From an uncultured Gaiellaceae bacterium (GTDB taxonomy: Bacteria; Actinomycetota; Thermoleophilia; Gaiellales; Gaiellaceae): a stretch of 64,000 bases of DNA. The number at the start of each line of letters is the position of its first letter. Within the stretch, counting starts at the first letter, position 1. Shown here in pieces: positions 1 through 8,732 of this stretch. Location of the stretch: assembly GCA_963829845.1 (NCBI GenBank), contig CAWHKD010000012.1, positions 31,859-95,858 on the forward strand, in the 5' to 3' direction. The notes below the pieces were generated by a model that was not told the origin of the DNA, made no database searches, and saw only the letters and a program-made list of their open reading frames with translations. A program made the position numbers and the translations under genes.

Positions 1-353
1 ATCGACTCGTACTCGTCCTCGGGCAGGTTCGGGAAGAGCCTGAATCGCGGATCGAGGTGGGCCCGCGCCGCAATCGCGATCGGCGCTCGCTCGGCGGCCG
101 CGGCGCCGGTGATCCCTTCCCCGGGGCGCAGCCGCGGCCGCCGCGTCATCTCCTCGACCCGCGTGCCGTGGGTCGCTCTCAGAACGAGCTCGTCGGAGCG
201 CTCGTCGTACAGGTAGACGAAGCACGCGTCAGCCTCGAGCGCCTCGGCGACCTTGCTGGCCACGAGCGCAAGCACCTCCTCCAGGTCGAGCGTGGAATTG
301 ACCGCGGCGATCGTCTCGGTCAGCAGCCGGAGGTGGCGGGCGGTCGTGTCCAC
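1..353 (-). CDS. GAF domain-containing protein, N-terminal part (gene runs off the window start)
   Basis: Absent from the ORF track because it is open at the window edge. My minus-strand translation from GTG at 353 reads VDTTARHLRLLTETIAAVNSTLDLEEVLALVASKVAEALEADACFVYLYDERSDELVLRATHG...GEGITGAAAAERAPIAI, a typical GAF-domain opening. Confidence 0.6.
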   Translation of the reverse strand, partial: MDTTARHLRLLTETIAAVNSTLDLEEVLALVASKVAEALEADACFVYLYDERSDELVLRATHGTRVEEMTRRPRLRPGEGITGAAAAERAPIAIAARAHLDPRFRLFPNLPEDEYES

Positions 354-451
354 GCCGTCGATTCTAGGGGCGCTCCGTCCGGCGCCCTTAACAAACTTCT
401 AACCGCGGCATCCGGAGAAACTTCAAACGACGGGAATAGGTTCTCATCGAG

Positions 452-703
452 ATGAGCTCGATCGAACTCGACCTTCGCAGCGTCAAGGGCTTCCTCGTCG
501 CCGACGTCCGCGGCCGTGTCATCGGCCGTGTCGAGGGGCCGATGTACGGCTCGCAGCCCGACGTGCCCGATGCCCTCGCCGTCCGCGGCGGCTTCATGCG
601 CGGCCGCAGGCTGGTGCCGGCAGAGGCGATCGAGGAGATCGACGCGGGCTCCCGTGTGATCGGCCTGCGCGTCGTGCGCGAGCAGATCCGCAAGTTCCTC
701 TAG
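452..703 (+). CDS. small PRC-barrel-like protein (tentative family)
   Basis: ORF track 452..703 with an ATG start. VKGFLVADVRGRVIGRVEG...LVPAEAIEEIDAGSRVIGLRV resembles PRC-barrel proteins. G/C-ending codon bias matches neighbouring genes. Confidence 0.5.
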   Translation: MSSIELDLRSVKGFLVADVRGRVIGRVEGPMYGSQPDVPDALAVRGGFMRGRRLVPAEAIEEIDAGSRVIGLRVVREQIRKFL

Positions 704-839
704 CCCCTAGCGCTCCAACGCGCGAGCGAAGCGATGCGCAAACGTTGGTGCTGCCGACGACGCCACGCGGGCGGAGCGGGATTCATTCCCGCGTAGCCCC
801 GCAGACGCCGAAGGAGGCGAGCGAAGAAGAAGGGGGCTC

Positions 840-864
840 ACGGGGGAAACATGGTTTCCCCCGT
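840..864. terminator. bidirectional terminator-like hairpin between convergent genes
   Basis: ACGGGGGAAAC-atg-GTTTCCCCCGT is an 11-bp perfect inverted repeat between the 3' ends of 452..703(+) and glnA 977..2341(-). Confidence 0.45.
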
Positions 865-976
865 TCTACGACCACGGGCCCCTAGAAGGAGCCCGCGATC
901 GGCCGTCAGTTGAGGTGCGGCGCTCGCCTTGCGCCACAGCCCTACGTCGATTATGCGCCTTTGACGGCGCCCGTGT

Positions 977-2341
977 CTACAGAACTGCCAGGTAGCGGTC
1001 GAGCTCCCACTGCGTCAGCTGGATCCGGTAGTCGTCCCACTCCCTCCGCTTCAGCTCCACATAGCGCTCGTGGATGTGCTCGCCGAGCGCGCGCTTCATC
1101 AGCTCGGAGGAGGCGAGCTCCTCGACAGCCTCGCCGAGCGTGCCCGGGAGAGCGACGATTCCGCGCTCGTCGCGCTGCGCGGCCGAGAGGTGGTAGAGGT
1201 TCGAGTCCATCGGCTCCTCGAGCTCATAGCCCTTCTCGATCCCCTCGAGCCCTGCATGCAGGAGCGCGGCGAAGGTCAGGTACGGGTTGCACGCCGGGTC
1301 GGGGCAGCGGATCTCGGCGCGCGTCGCCTGCTCGGAGCCCGGCTTGTAGAGCGGGATCCGGATCAGCGCCGAGCGGTTCCGCTGCGACCAGGCGACGTAG
1401 ACCGGCGCCTCGTAGCCGGGGACGAGCCGCTTGTACGAGTTGACCCACTGCGCGAAGACGGCCGAGAGCTCGCGCGCGTGGCGGAGCAGGCCGGCGATGA
1501 ACGCCTTCGCCGTCGGCGAGAGATGGTGCGGGTCGCTCTCGTCGAAGAACTGGTTGCGCTCGTCCGTGAAGAGCGACATGTGCGTGTGCATCCCCGACCC
1601 GTTCTCGCCGAAGAGCGGCTTCGGCATGAAGGTCGCGTAGACGCCGTTCTTCGCCGCGACTTCCTTGACGATCAGCCGGTAGGTGATCGTCGCGTCGGCC
1701 ATGTCGAGCGCGGGCGCGTAGCGCATGTCGATCTCGTGCTGCGACGGCGCGACCTCGTGATGGTGGTACTCGATCGGGATGCCGACGCTCTCGAGCGCCT
1801 GGATCGTCTCGTTGCGCAGCTCCGTCGCCGCGTCGAGTGCGGTCATCGCGAAATACCCGCCCTCGTCGAGCGTCTCGGTGCCCTTGTTGTCCTTGAAGAG
1901 GAAGTACTCGAGCTCCGGCCCGATGTTGAACGTGTCGAAGCCCATGCTCTGCATCCGCTCGAGCGCCTGCCGCAGCATGTAGCGCGGGTCTCCCTCGTAG
2001 GGCGTGCCGTCGGGCTTGACGACGTCACAGATCATCCGGCCGACGACCGTCTCTCCCTCGCGCGAGGGCATGATCCGGAACGTCGCCGGATCCGGGATCG
2101 CGACCATGTCCGACTCCTCGATCGCGTTGAAGCCGGTGATCGAGGAGCCATCGAAGCCCATCCCGTCGTCGAGCGCGTTTTCGACCTCCTGCGGAGTGAT
2201 CGCGAAGCTCTTCAGGTGCCCCTCGAGATCCGTGAACCAGAAGAGGACGTACTCGACCTTCTGCTTCTCGATCTCCTTCAGCACCTGCTTGCGCGCCTCG
2301 GGGTCGGACGTTGCCCGGTGCTTGCTCTCGATCATCGCCAT
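977..2341 (-). CDS. glnA: glutamine synthetase type I, Bacillus-like (GSI-alpha)
   Basis: ORF 977..2395 trimmed to ATG 2341, with AAGGAG 7 nt upstream. Motifs FWFTDLEGHLKSF and NGSGMHTHMSLF are present. The C-terminal NLYHLSAAQRDERGIVALPGTLGEA resembles B. subtilis GlnA. Confidence 0.93.
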   Translation of the reverse strand: MAMIESKHRATSDPEARKQVLKEIEKQKVEYVLFWFTDLEGHLKSFAITPQEVENALDDGMGFDGSSITGFNAIEESDMVAIPDPATFRIMPSREGETVVGRMICDVVKPDGTPYEGDPRYMLRQALERMQSMGFDTFNIGPELEYFLFKDNKGTETLDEGGYFAMTALDAATELRNETIQALESVGIPIEYHHHEVAPSQHEIDMRYAPALDMADATITYRLIVKEVAAKNGVYATFMPKPLFGENGSGMHTHMSLFTDERNQFFDESDPHHLSPTAKAFIAGLLRHARELSAVFAQWVNSYKRLVPGYEAPVYVAWSQRNRSALIRIPLYKPGSEQATRAEIRCPDPACNPYLTFAALLHAGLEGIEKGYELEEPMDSNLYHLSAAQRDERGIVALPGTLGEAVEELASSELMKRALGEHIHERYVELKRREWDDYRIQLTQWELDRYLAVL

Positions 2342-2447
2342 CGCGTTTCTCCTTCGAACGTGGAAATGCGAAGGGCCCCGGGTGCACGCCGTCACCGGTC
2401 GCGCGCCCGAGGCCCCGTCGCCTCAAAGACTCGAGGAGTCTATACGA

Positions 2448-3233
2448 CTAGCCGTACAGGGCCACCCACGGAGCCAGGAACGCACGCGCCGCCGCGGTGT
2501 CCGCCCGGTAGGAGTACGTGACCCCCGCGCAGTTCCCATTCGTCACGAACGAGTTGATGCCCAGGATGATGTTCGTGCCGGACTGGAAGTTGGGCCCGCC
2601 GGAGTCGCCGAAGCAGGTGCCGCCGTTGTCGCCCGTCGGCTTCGCGGAGAGCTTCAGGAACTCCGGCGCGAGCCTGTTCTCGTCGCTGACGATCACGCTC
2701 TGCGCGCGCATCCGGAAGCCGTCGCGGAAGCGGACCTTGCCGCCCGGCGACGGGATCAGCTCCTGGACGCCGTAGCCGACGGAGGTGATCTCCGCCCCCT
2801 TCCCGAGCCGGTCGGCGAGCCCGAGGCTCGGCAGGGCGCCGTACGAGCTCAGCGACAGCGGCTCGTCGAGCACGATCACCGCGATGTCGTGGGTGTCGAA
2901 GCCGACGAGGCCGGGCTTGCAGGCGACGCAGAACTGCGGGTCCGCGTACCACGTGCCCTTGTGGAACGACGAGCTCGGGAACGGGTTGGTGCGGAAGTTC
3001 TCGTCGAAGTTCACCCACGCAGTGTCGGTCGGGAACGTGAAGCAGTGCGCCGCCGTGACCACGAGGCGCGACGAGACGGCCGTGGCGGAGCACGAGAACT
3101 GCAGGTTGCGCGCGAAGCCGACGTACGGATGGGCGCCGTTGTCGAGCTCGCCGCTCGTGATCGCCTGCGACGGTCCTGCAACGACGAGCAGCGCCAACGC
3201 TGTCGCCGCCAGAATCAGAAAGCGTGACTTCAA
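2448..3233 (-). CDS. secreted trypsin-like (S1) serine protease
   Basis: ORF 2448..3329 trimmed to TTG 3233, with GGGGGAGG 5 nt upstream. Signal peptide LKSRFLILAATALALLVVAGPSQA. Catalytic motifs VVTAAHC and GDSGGP. Confidence 0.85.
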   Translation of the reverse strand: MKSRFLILAATALALLVVAGPSQAITSGELDNGAHPYVGFARNLQFSCSATAVSSRLVVTAAHCFTFPTDTAWVNFDENFRTNPFPSSSFHKGTWYADPQFCVACKPGLVGFDTHDIAVIVLDEPLSLSSYGALPSLGLADRLGKGAEITSVGYGVQELIPSPGGKVRFRDGFRMRAQSVIVSDENRLAPEFLKLSAKPTGDNGGTCFGDSGGPNFQSGTNIILGINSFVTNGNCAGVTYSYRADTAAARAFLAPWVALYG

Positions 3234-3256
3234 GATGACCTCCCCCGAGGGTGTGG

Positions 3257-3279
3257 TCGAGCGCAGGGATTGCGCTCGA
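3257..3279 (-). terminator. hairpin between the ABC operon and the protease gene
   Basis: TCGAGCGCA-gggat-TGCGCTCGA is a 9-bp perfect stem, 67 nt downstream of the permease stop and 24 nt upstream of the protease start. Confidence 0.35.
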
Positions 3280-3345
3280 TCGGTGCAGTATGAATATCCG
3301 AAGGGATTCTGCAACCACCTACCGTCCACGGCCAGTTATCGGTGC

Positions 3346-4179
3346 CTAGCCCGAACGCTTGAGCTTCCCGTGCTTCTTCGCGTAGATCTCGCCGCGCCGG
3401 AAGACCCAGAGCCCGACCGGGGCCGAGACGGCGCCGATCAGGAGCAGTGGCCAGAGCTCGTCCCCCATCGTCGAGAGCCCGGCGCCGTTCAGGATCGCGT
3501 CTCGGATGCCGTTGAGGACATAGGTCGCCGGCGAGATCACCGAGAGCCACTGCATCCACTGCGGCAGCACCTCGACCGGGTAGTAGACGCCCGAGACGAC
3601 GAGCAGCATCCCCTGCGCGACGAAGCCGAGCTGCGCGCCCTTCTCCGGCGAGATCAGCGGCAGCACCGCCGTCATGATCCCGATCCCGATGAACGCGACC
3701 GACCCGACCACGAGCACGACGAAGGCGGCGAGGAAGTCCGCGTTCGGCATGTCGAGGTCGAAGAACATCGCCACGACGATGAAGAGGATGATCGCCCGGA
3801 TCAGGCCGTAGAGGACGGCGAAGAAGCCCGCGCCGGCGAGGTGCATCGCCCGCGAGAGCGGCGCCATGAACGTGTACTCGATCGTCCCCTCCCAGCGCTC
3901 CCAGGCGACCGTCTCGGTCATGAACTCGAACAGGATCCCGAGGTACGCCCAGACGACGGCGCCGATCAGGAGCTGCGTCGTCGTGCGGTTGACGTCGATC
4001 TCGCCGCCCGTCGCCTCGATCCCCTTCGCGATGAAGACGATCGTGAGCGTGTTCGCGATCGTCCAGACCATGAAGGCGACGTCCCACCAGATGTAGCGGC
4101 GGGTCAGGTAGACGTTGCGCTCGACGACGCCGCCGAGCCCGATCAGCTCTGCGCGGAGGGTGGAAGCTGCCGCTCTCAT
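3346..4179 (-). CDS. ABC-2 type transporter permease
   Basis: ORF track, 277 aa. Six hydrophobic segments, lying downstream of the ATPase gene. Typical ABC-2 opening GLGGVVERNVYLTRRYIWW. Confidence 0.8.
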   Translation of the reverse strand: MRAAASTLRAELIGLGGVVERNVYLTRRYIWWDVAFMVWTIANTLTIVFIAKGIEATGGEIDVNRTTTQLLIGAVVWAYLGILFEFMTETVAWERWEGTIEYTFMAPLSRAMHLAGAGFFAVLYGLIRAIILFIVVAMFFDLDMPNADFLAAFVVLVVGSVAFIGIGIMTAVLPLISPEKGAQLGFVAQGMLLVVSGVYYPVEVLPQWMQWLSVISPATYVLNGIRDAILNGAGLSTMGDELWPLLLIGAVSAPVGLWVFRRGEIYAKKHGKLKRSG

Positions 4180-4246
4180 GATCCCGCTCCAGGGTCGGCG
4201 AAGCCGACCCCTCCGCTCCTGGCCGGCTCCGTCAAGCCTACGCCGG

Positions 4247-5092
4247 TCATGCGAACACCTCCCGGTCCTCGTCGTCCTCGTCCGTCTCCGCCTCGAACTC
4301 GCGGCCGGTGGCCGCGAAGAACGCCTGCTCGAGCGTCTCGACGCCGAAGCGCTCGAGGATCTCGGGCACGGTCTCGAGGAAGAGCAGCTCGCCGCGGTCG
4401 AGGATGCCGACGCGGTCCGCCAGCGCCTCGGCCTCGGCGAGGTCGTGCGTGCAGAGCAGGATCGTCGCGTCGTGCGACTGCCGCACCTCCCGTACGAAGT
4501 CCTGCACCTCGAGCTTGGAGCGCGGGTCGAGGCCGGTCGTCGGCTCGTCGAGCAGGAGCAGCACCGGCGAGGTGAGCAGCGCCCGCGCGAGCGCGACCTT
4601 CTGCTGCATCCCGCGCGAGAGGTTCTCCATCGGCTCGGTGCGGCGGTCGATCGGGAAGCCGACCTTCGTCAGGATCGCGGGGATCTTGACGCGGGTCTCG
4701 CGCGGCCCCATCCCGTAGTAGCGGGCCGCGTAGTGCAGGTTCTCGCCGGCGGACATCTTCTTGAAGAAGCTGGCCTCGACGGAGACGCGGTTGACGAGCT
4801 TGCGCACGGGGCGCGGGTCGGTGAAGACGTCGTGTCCGAACACCTCGGCGCTGCCGCCGTCGTGGAAGAGCAGCGTCGAGAGCAGCCGGACGAGCGTCGA
4901 CTTGCCCGAGCCGTTCTGGCCCAGGATCGCGACGCACTCGCCTCGCTCCATCGTGAACGAGACGCCCTGCAGCGCCGCCCGCTTCTTACGCGCGAACCGG
5001 CCCGCCTTCTTGTCGCGGCGCGAGAACTCCTTGCGGAGGTCGTGGACCTCCACAGCGGGTGACGGACGATGGAACTCGAGTACCTCGGACAT
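4247..5092 (-). CDS. ABC transporter ATP-binding protein (DrrA-like exporter ATPase)
   Basis: Walker A GQNGSGKST, signature LSRGMQQK, Walker B LLLLDEPT. Confidence 0.9.
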   Translation of the reverse strand: MSEVLEFHRPSPAVEVHDLRKEFSRRDKKAGRFARKKRAALQGVSFTMERGECVAILGQNGSGKSTLVRLLSTLLFHDGGSAEVFGHDVFTDPRPVRKLVNRVSVEASFFKKMSAGENLHYAARYYGMGPRETRVKIPAILTKVGFPIDRRTEPMENLSRGMQQKVALARALLTSPVLLLLDEPTTGLDPRSKLEVQDFVREVRQSHDATILLCTHDLAEAEALADRVGILDRGELLFLETVPEILERFGVETLEQAFFAATGREFEAETDEDDEDREVFA

Positions 5093-5320
5093 TCGAACAA
5101 ACTCCTTCGCTCACAGAAACTCCAGAACACAGCACGCGACGCCCGCTACTACGGCGGGCCGCGGCAACGGGTGTCCTAGATGTGACCGAGGAATCTCATC
5201 GGCGCCGACGATACCAGCCGCTCGGGCGGGGCGCCAGAGAAATTCTCGCCTTGACCTTCGTCCGGCCCCTCGGCTACGGTGAGACCAGGTTCCGTCGCCG
5301 CAGACGGATCCGAGGCTATG

Positions 5321-5359
5321 GCGCCTCGCAGCTCACTCCGAGCTGCGGGCGCTTTTTTT
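5321..5359 (+). terminator. strong intrinsic terminator / attenuator in the glnA leader
   Basis: GCGCC(T)CGCAGCTC-actcc-GAGCTGCGGGCGC is a 13-bp stem with one bulge, followed by TTTTTTT at 5353-5359. The SD GGAAGGGAG and the glnA ATG (5385) follow within 25 nt. Confidence 0.6.
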
Positions 5360-5384
5360 GTGGTCCAACGGAAGGGAGCGGGGG

Positions 5385-6833
5385 ATGTCGGAGCTCGACG
5401 ACAGGCACTACCTGATGAACGGCGGGGAGACGCTGCCCGACGCCCGCGAAGCGCTCGAGTGGGCGACCGAGACACGTGTCTCGATGGTCGACCTCAAGTT
5501 CTGCGACCTGCTCGGCACCTGGCAGCATATGACGCTGCCGCTACGCGCGTTCGGCGCCGACGCGTTCGAGGACGGGCTCGGCTTCGACGGCTCCTCGATC
5601 CGCGGCTGGCAGGGGATCTCCGAGTCGGACATGCTGCTCATGCCCGATCCGAGCTCAGCGATCCTCGACCCGGGCACGGAGGCACCGACGCTCTCGCTGA
5701 TCTGCGAGATCGCCGACCCGATCACACGTGAGGGGTACTCACGCGACCCGCGCCAGGTGGCAAAACGTGCCGAGGAGTACCTGCGCGAGACGGGGATCGC
5801 GGACACCTGCTTCGTCGGCCCCGAGTGCGAGTTCTTCGTCTTCGACGAGGTCAGCTACGACCTTGGCCCCAACGCGGCGCACTACTCCGTCGACTCCAGC
5901 GAGGGGTACTGGAACTCCGGCAGGCCGGGCCTCGGCTACACGTCGCGGCCGAAGGAGGGGTACTTCCCGACCGCGCCGCACGACTCGCTGCACGACCTGC
6001 GCACCGCGATGGTGCTGACGCTCGAGCGGCTCGGGATTCCGTGCGAGTTCCACCACCACGAGGTCGCCTCGGGCGGCCAGTGCGAGATCGACCTCCGCTT
6101 CCAGAGCCTGACCCGCATGGCAGATCAGGTCATGACCTACAAGTACGTGGTCAAGAACGTCGCCCACGCGCATGGCAAGTCGGCCACCTTCATGCCGAAG
6201 CCGATCTTCGGCGACAACGGCTCGGGCATGCACTGTCACCAGTCCCTCTGGAAGGAGGGCACGCCGCTGATGGCGGACAAGTCCGGCTACGCCGGGCTCT
6301 CCCAGCTCGCACGCTCGTACGTCGGCGGCCTGCTCGAGCACGCACCGGCGCTGCTGGCCTTCTGCGCCCCGACGACGAACTCGTACCGCCGCCTCGTGCC
6401 CGGCTTCGAGGCGCCGGTGAACCTCGTCTACTCGCAGCGGAACCGCTCGGCCTGCATCCGGATCCCGATGTACTCCGACTCGCCGAAAGCCAAGCGGATC
6501 GAGTTCCGCTGCCCCGACGCAGCCGCGAACCCGTACCTCGCGTTCTCGGCGATGCTGATGGCCGGCATCGACGGGATCGAGCGCGGGCTCGACCCGGGCG
6601 CACCCGCCGACTACGACCTCTTCGAGGAGGCCGGCCACGACGTGCCCCAGGTGCCCGGGTCGCTCGCCGAGGCGCTCGATGCCCTCGAGGCCGACCACGA
6701 GTTCCTGCTCCGCGGCGGCGTCTTCACCGAGGACCTGATCCGGACGTGGATCGACTGGAAGCGCGAGCACGAGGTGGACGTCGTCCGGCTCCGCCCCCAC
6801 CCGGCCGAGTTCGGCCTCTACTACGACTGCTAG
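5385..6833 (+). CDS. glnA: glutamine synthetase type I (GSI-beta, mycobacterial GlnA1-like)
   Basis: ORF 5358..6833 trimmed to ATG 5385 behind GGAAGGGAG. Motifs [13 protein letters not shown] and [12 protein letters not shown]. The tail ADYDLFEE...[13 protein letters not shown] is collinear with M. tuberculosis GlnA1, including the adenylylatable-Tyr context. Confidence 0.93.
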   Translation: MSELDDRHYLMNGGETLPDAREALEWATETRVSMVDLKFCDLLGTWQHMTLPLRAFGADAFEDGLGFDGSSIRGWQGISESDMLLMPDPSSAILDPGTEAPTLSLICEIADPITREGYSRDPRQVAKRAEEYLRETGIADTCFVGPECEFFVFDEVSYDLGPNAAHYSVDSSEGYWNSGRPGLGYTSRPKEGYFPTAPHDSLHDLRTAMVLTLERLGIPCEFHHHEVASGGQCEIDLRFQSLTRMADQVMTYKYVVKNVAHAHGKSATFMPKPIFGDNGSGMHCHQSLWKEGTPLMADKSGYAGLSQLARSYVGGLLEHAPALLAFCAPTTNSYRRLVPGFEAPVNLVYSQRNRSACIRIPMYSDSPKAKRIEFRCPDAAANPYLAFSAMLMAGIDGIERGLDPGAPADYDLFEEAGHDVPQVPGSLAEALDALEADHEFLLRGGVFTEDLIRTWIDWKREHEVDVVRLRPHPAEFGLYYDC

Positions 6834-6843
6834 GAGGCGCACG

Positions 6844-7194
6844 ATGATCAAAGTGGAAGCGGTCGTGGTCCGGGACCGGGTCGAGACCGTCATGGACGCC
6901 GTCGAGGAGCAGACCGGCCACGTCGGCGTCACCGTCATCGAAGCTGTCGGGCACGGCCGCCAGCGCGGGATCACGCACGAGTACCGCGGCCGGGTCTTCG
7001 AGTCGAGGTTCCTGCCGAAGGCGTACCTCTTCTTCCTCGTGAAGGACGAGCTCGCAGCGGCAGTCGTCGATGCGATCGCGGACGCCGCCCGCACCGGGCA
7101 CGAGTCGGGCGATGGGCTCGTCTGGACGACGCCCGTGTTCGACGGTCACCCACACCGCACCGGAGAGAGGCTCGAGGAGGTCGAGGTCGCATGA
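6844..7194 (+). CDS. glnK: P-II nitrogen regulatory protein
   Basis: 116 aa. MIKVEAVV..., T-loop GRQRGITHEYRG with a conserved Tyr, and C-terminal RTGE. Its stop overlaps the amt start (ATGA). Confidence 0.85.
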   Translation: MIKVEAVVVRDRVETVMDAVEEQTGHVGVTVIEAVGHGRQRGITHEYRGRVFESRFLPKAYLFFLVKDELAAAVVDAIADAARTGHESGDGLVWTTPVFDGHPHRTGERLEEVEVA

Positions 7195-8732
7195 CGACAA
7201 AGGAACTGGCGATCGCGTCGAGCACGATCTGGGTCGTCCTGGCCGCGATCCTCGTGATGTTCATGCAGGCGGGCTTCGCCTTCCTGGAGGCGGGGCTGAC
7301 GCGGATGAAGAACGTCGGCCACATCGCCGCGAAGAACGTCCTCGTCCTCGCGATCGCGTCGCTCGTCTACTACGTCGTCGGCTTCGGGATCGCATTCGGT
7401 GACGGCGGCAACGGGCTCTGGGGCGGCTCCGGCTTTCTGCCGTCCGTCGAGGAGCTGCTGACCGTGGGGGCAGCCCCGTTCAGCTGGTTCTCGGCGATTC
7501 CGGCGGCCGCGGGGTACCTCTTCGAGGTCGTGTTCTGCGCCGTGTCGCTCGCGATCGTCTGGGGCGCGATGGCGGAACGGACGCGGCTGTGGGTCTACTT
7601 CGCGTTCGGCGTCGCCTACACGCTGATCTACTCGCTCGTCTCGCACTGGGTCTGGAGCCCGGACGGCTGGCTCTTCACGAAGGGCATGCAGGACTTCGCC
7701 GGCTCGACCGTCGTCCATTACCAGGGCGCACTCGCCGGGCTCGCCGGGGCCCTTCTGCTCGGGCCTCGGATCGGCAAGTTCGCCGCAGACGGGAAGCCGA
7801 ACGCGATCCCAGGCCACAACATGGCGTTCACCACACTCGGCGTGATCATTCTCTGGTTCGGCTGGTTCGGCTTCAACCCGGGCTCGACGCTCAGCGTCGA
7901 CTTCGGCGGCGTCGGCTTCTTCGCCTACGTCGCGCTGAATACGAACCTCGCCGCGGCGGCGGGTGTGATCGGCGCCGTCGTGACCTCGTGGCTCGTGATC
8001 AAGAAGCCCGACCTCTCGATGATGCTGAACGGCGCGATCGCGGCGCTCGTCGCAATCACCGCCGCGTGCGCGTTCGTCGCTCCCTGGGCCGCGATCGTGA
8101 TCGGCCTCGTCGCCGGCGTCGTCGTCGTCTTCGGCGTGCTCCTCGTCGAGCGGGTCGGACTCGACGATCCGGTCGGAGCGCTCTCCGCGCACGGCATGGC
8201 TGGCGTTTGGGGCACGCTCTCGCTCGGCTTCTTCACCGTGCCGGCGCTCTCGGAAAAGCTCGCGACTGGGACGGGCGGCCTCTTCTACGGCGGCGGGCTG
8301 CACCAGCTCGGCGTCCAGGTGCTCGGCCTGGTTGCCGTGGGGACGTTCACGTTCGCCGCGTCCTTCGGGATCCTCTGGCTGTTCAAGGTCACGATCGGGA
8401 TCCGCACCGAGGAGCACGTCGAGACCGCAGGGCTGGACGTGTCCGAGCACGGCATGTGGGGCTATCCCGAGTTCTACATCCCGGTGCCGGGCGGCTACGG
8501 CACCGAGACGCACGGCCACATGGGCCTTGCGCACGCGCAGCGTTCCGCGCCCGGCGCCCGCGAGCGCAGCAGCGCTCGAGCCCACGGGCTAGACACGCGT
8601 CAGCCAGCCGCCGACGAGAGCTCAGGCTCCTCGTCGGCGGCGGCTCGCGTGGAGGGCACGAGCCACGTGAACTCCACTGCCGCCTCGGGCCAACGCGCGA
8701 GCAGCTCCCCAGCGCGAGCCGAGTCGGTGTAG
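7191..8732 (+). CDS. amt: ammonium transporter (Amt); the C-terminal tail as assembled overlaps gltB
   Basis: FMQAGFAFLEAG, multiple TM segments, and a conserved end GLDVSEHGMWGYPEF near 8478. The last ~85 aa are low-complexity and run 133 nt into convergent gltB. The +1 frame stops at 8592 (see finding). Confidence 0.88.
   Translation: MTTKELAIASSTIWVVLAAILVMFMQAGFAFLEAGLTRMKNVGHIAAKNVLVLAIASLVYYVVGFGIAFGDGGNGLWGGSGFLPSVEELLTVGAAPFSWFSAIPAAAGYLFEVVFCAVSLAIVWGAMAERTRLWVYFAFGVAYTLIYSLVSHWVWSPDGWLFTKGMQDFAGSTVVHYQGALAGLAGALLLGPRIGKFAADGKPNAIPGHNMAFTTLGVIILWFGWFGFNPGSTLSVDFGGVGFFAYVALNTNLAAAAGVIGAVVTSWLVIKKPDLSMMLNGAIAALVAITAACAFVAPWAAIVIGLVAGVVVVFGVLLVERVGLDDPVGALSAHGMAGVWGTLSLGFFTVPALSEKLATGTGGLFYGGGLHQLGVQVLGLVAVGTFTFAASFGILWLFKVTIGIRTEEHVETAGLDVSEHGMWGYPEFYIPVPGGYGTETHGHMGLAHAQRSAPGARERSSARAHGLDTRQPAADESSGSSSAAARVEGTSHVNSTAASGQRASSSPARAESV

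Noticed and set aside
851-913. 20-codon ORF starting at the ATG in the loop of the 840-864 hairpin
   Set aside because: The start codon is sequestered in a perfect 11-bp hairpin. The product (MVSPVLRPRAPRRSPRSAVS) is featureless. The hairpin is better explained as a terminator.
1070-2521. 483-aa plus-strand ORF
   Set aside because: It lies entirely antisense to the well-supported glnA (977..2341). The translation is R/L/E/D-rich with no recognisable motif. This is a typical shadow ORF of a very GC-rich genome.
5105-5135. GAAAC / GAACAC motifs upstream of glnA as a possible GlnR box
   Set aside because: Half-site spacing is 9 nt start to start, which does not fit the gTnAc-n6-GaAAc geometry (11 nt). 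Only one half-site is close to consensus. This is too weak to call without a genome-wide motif.
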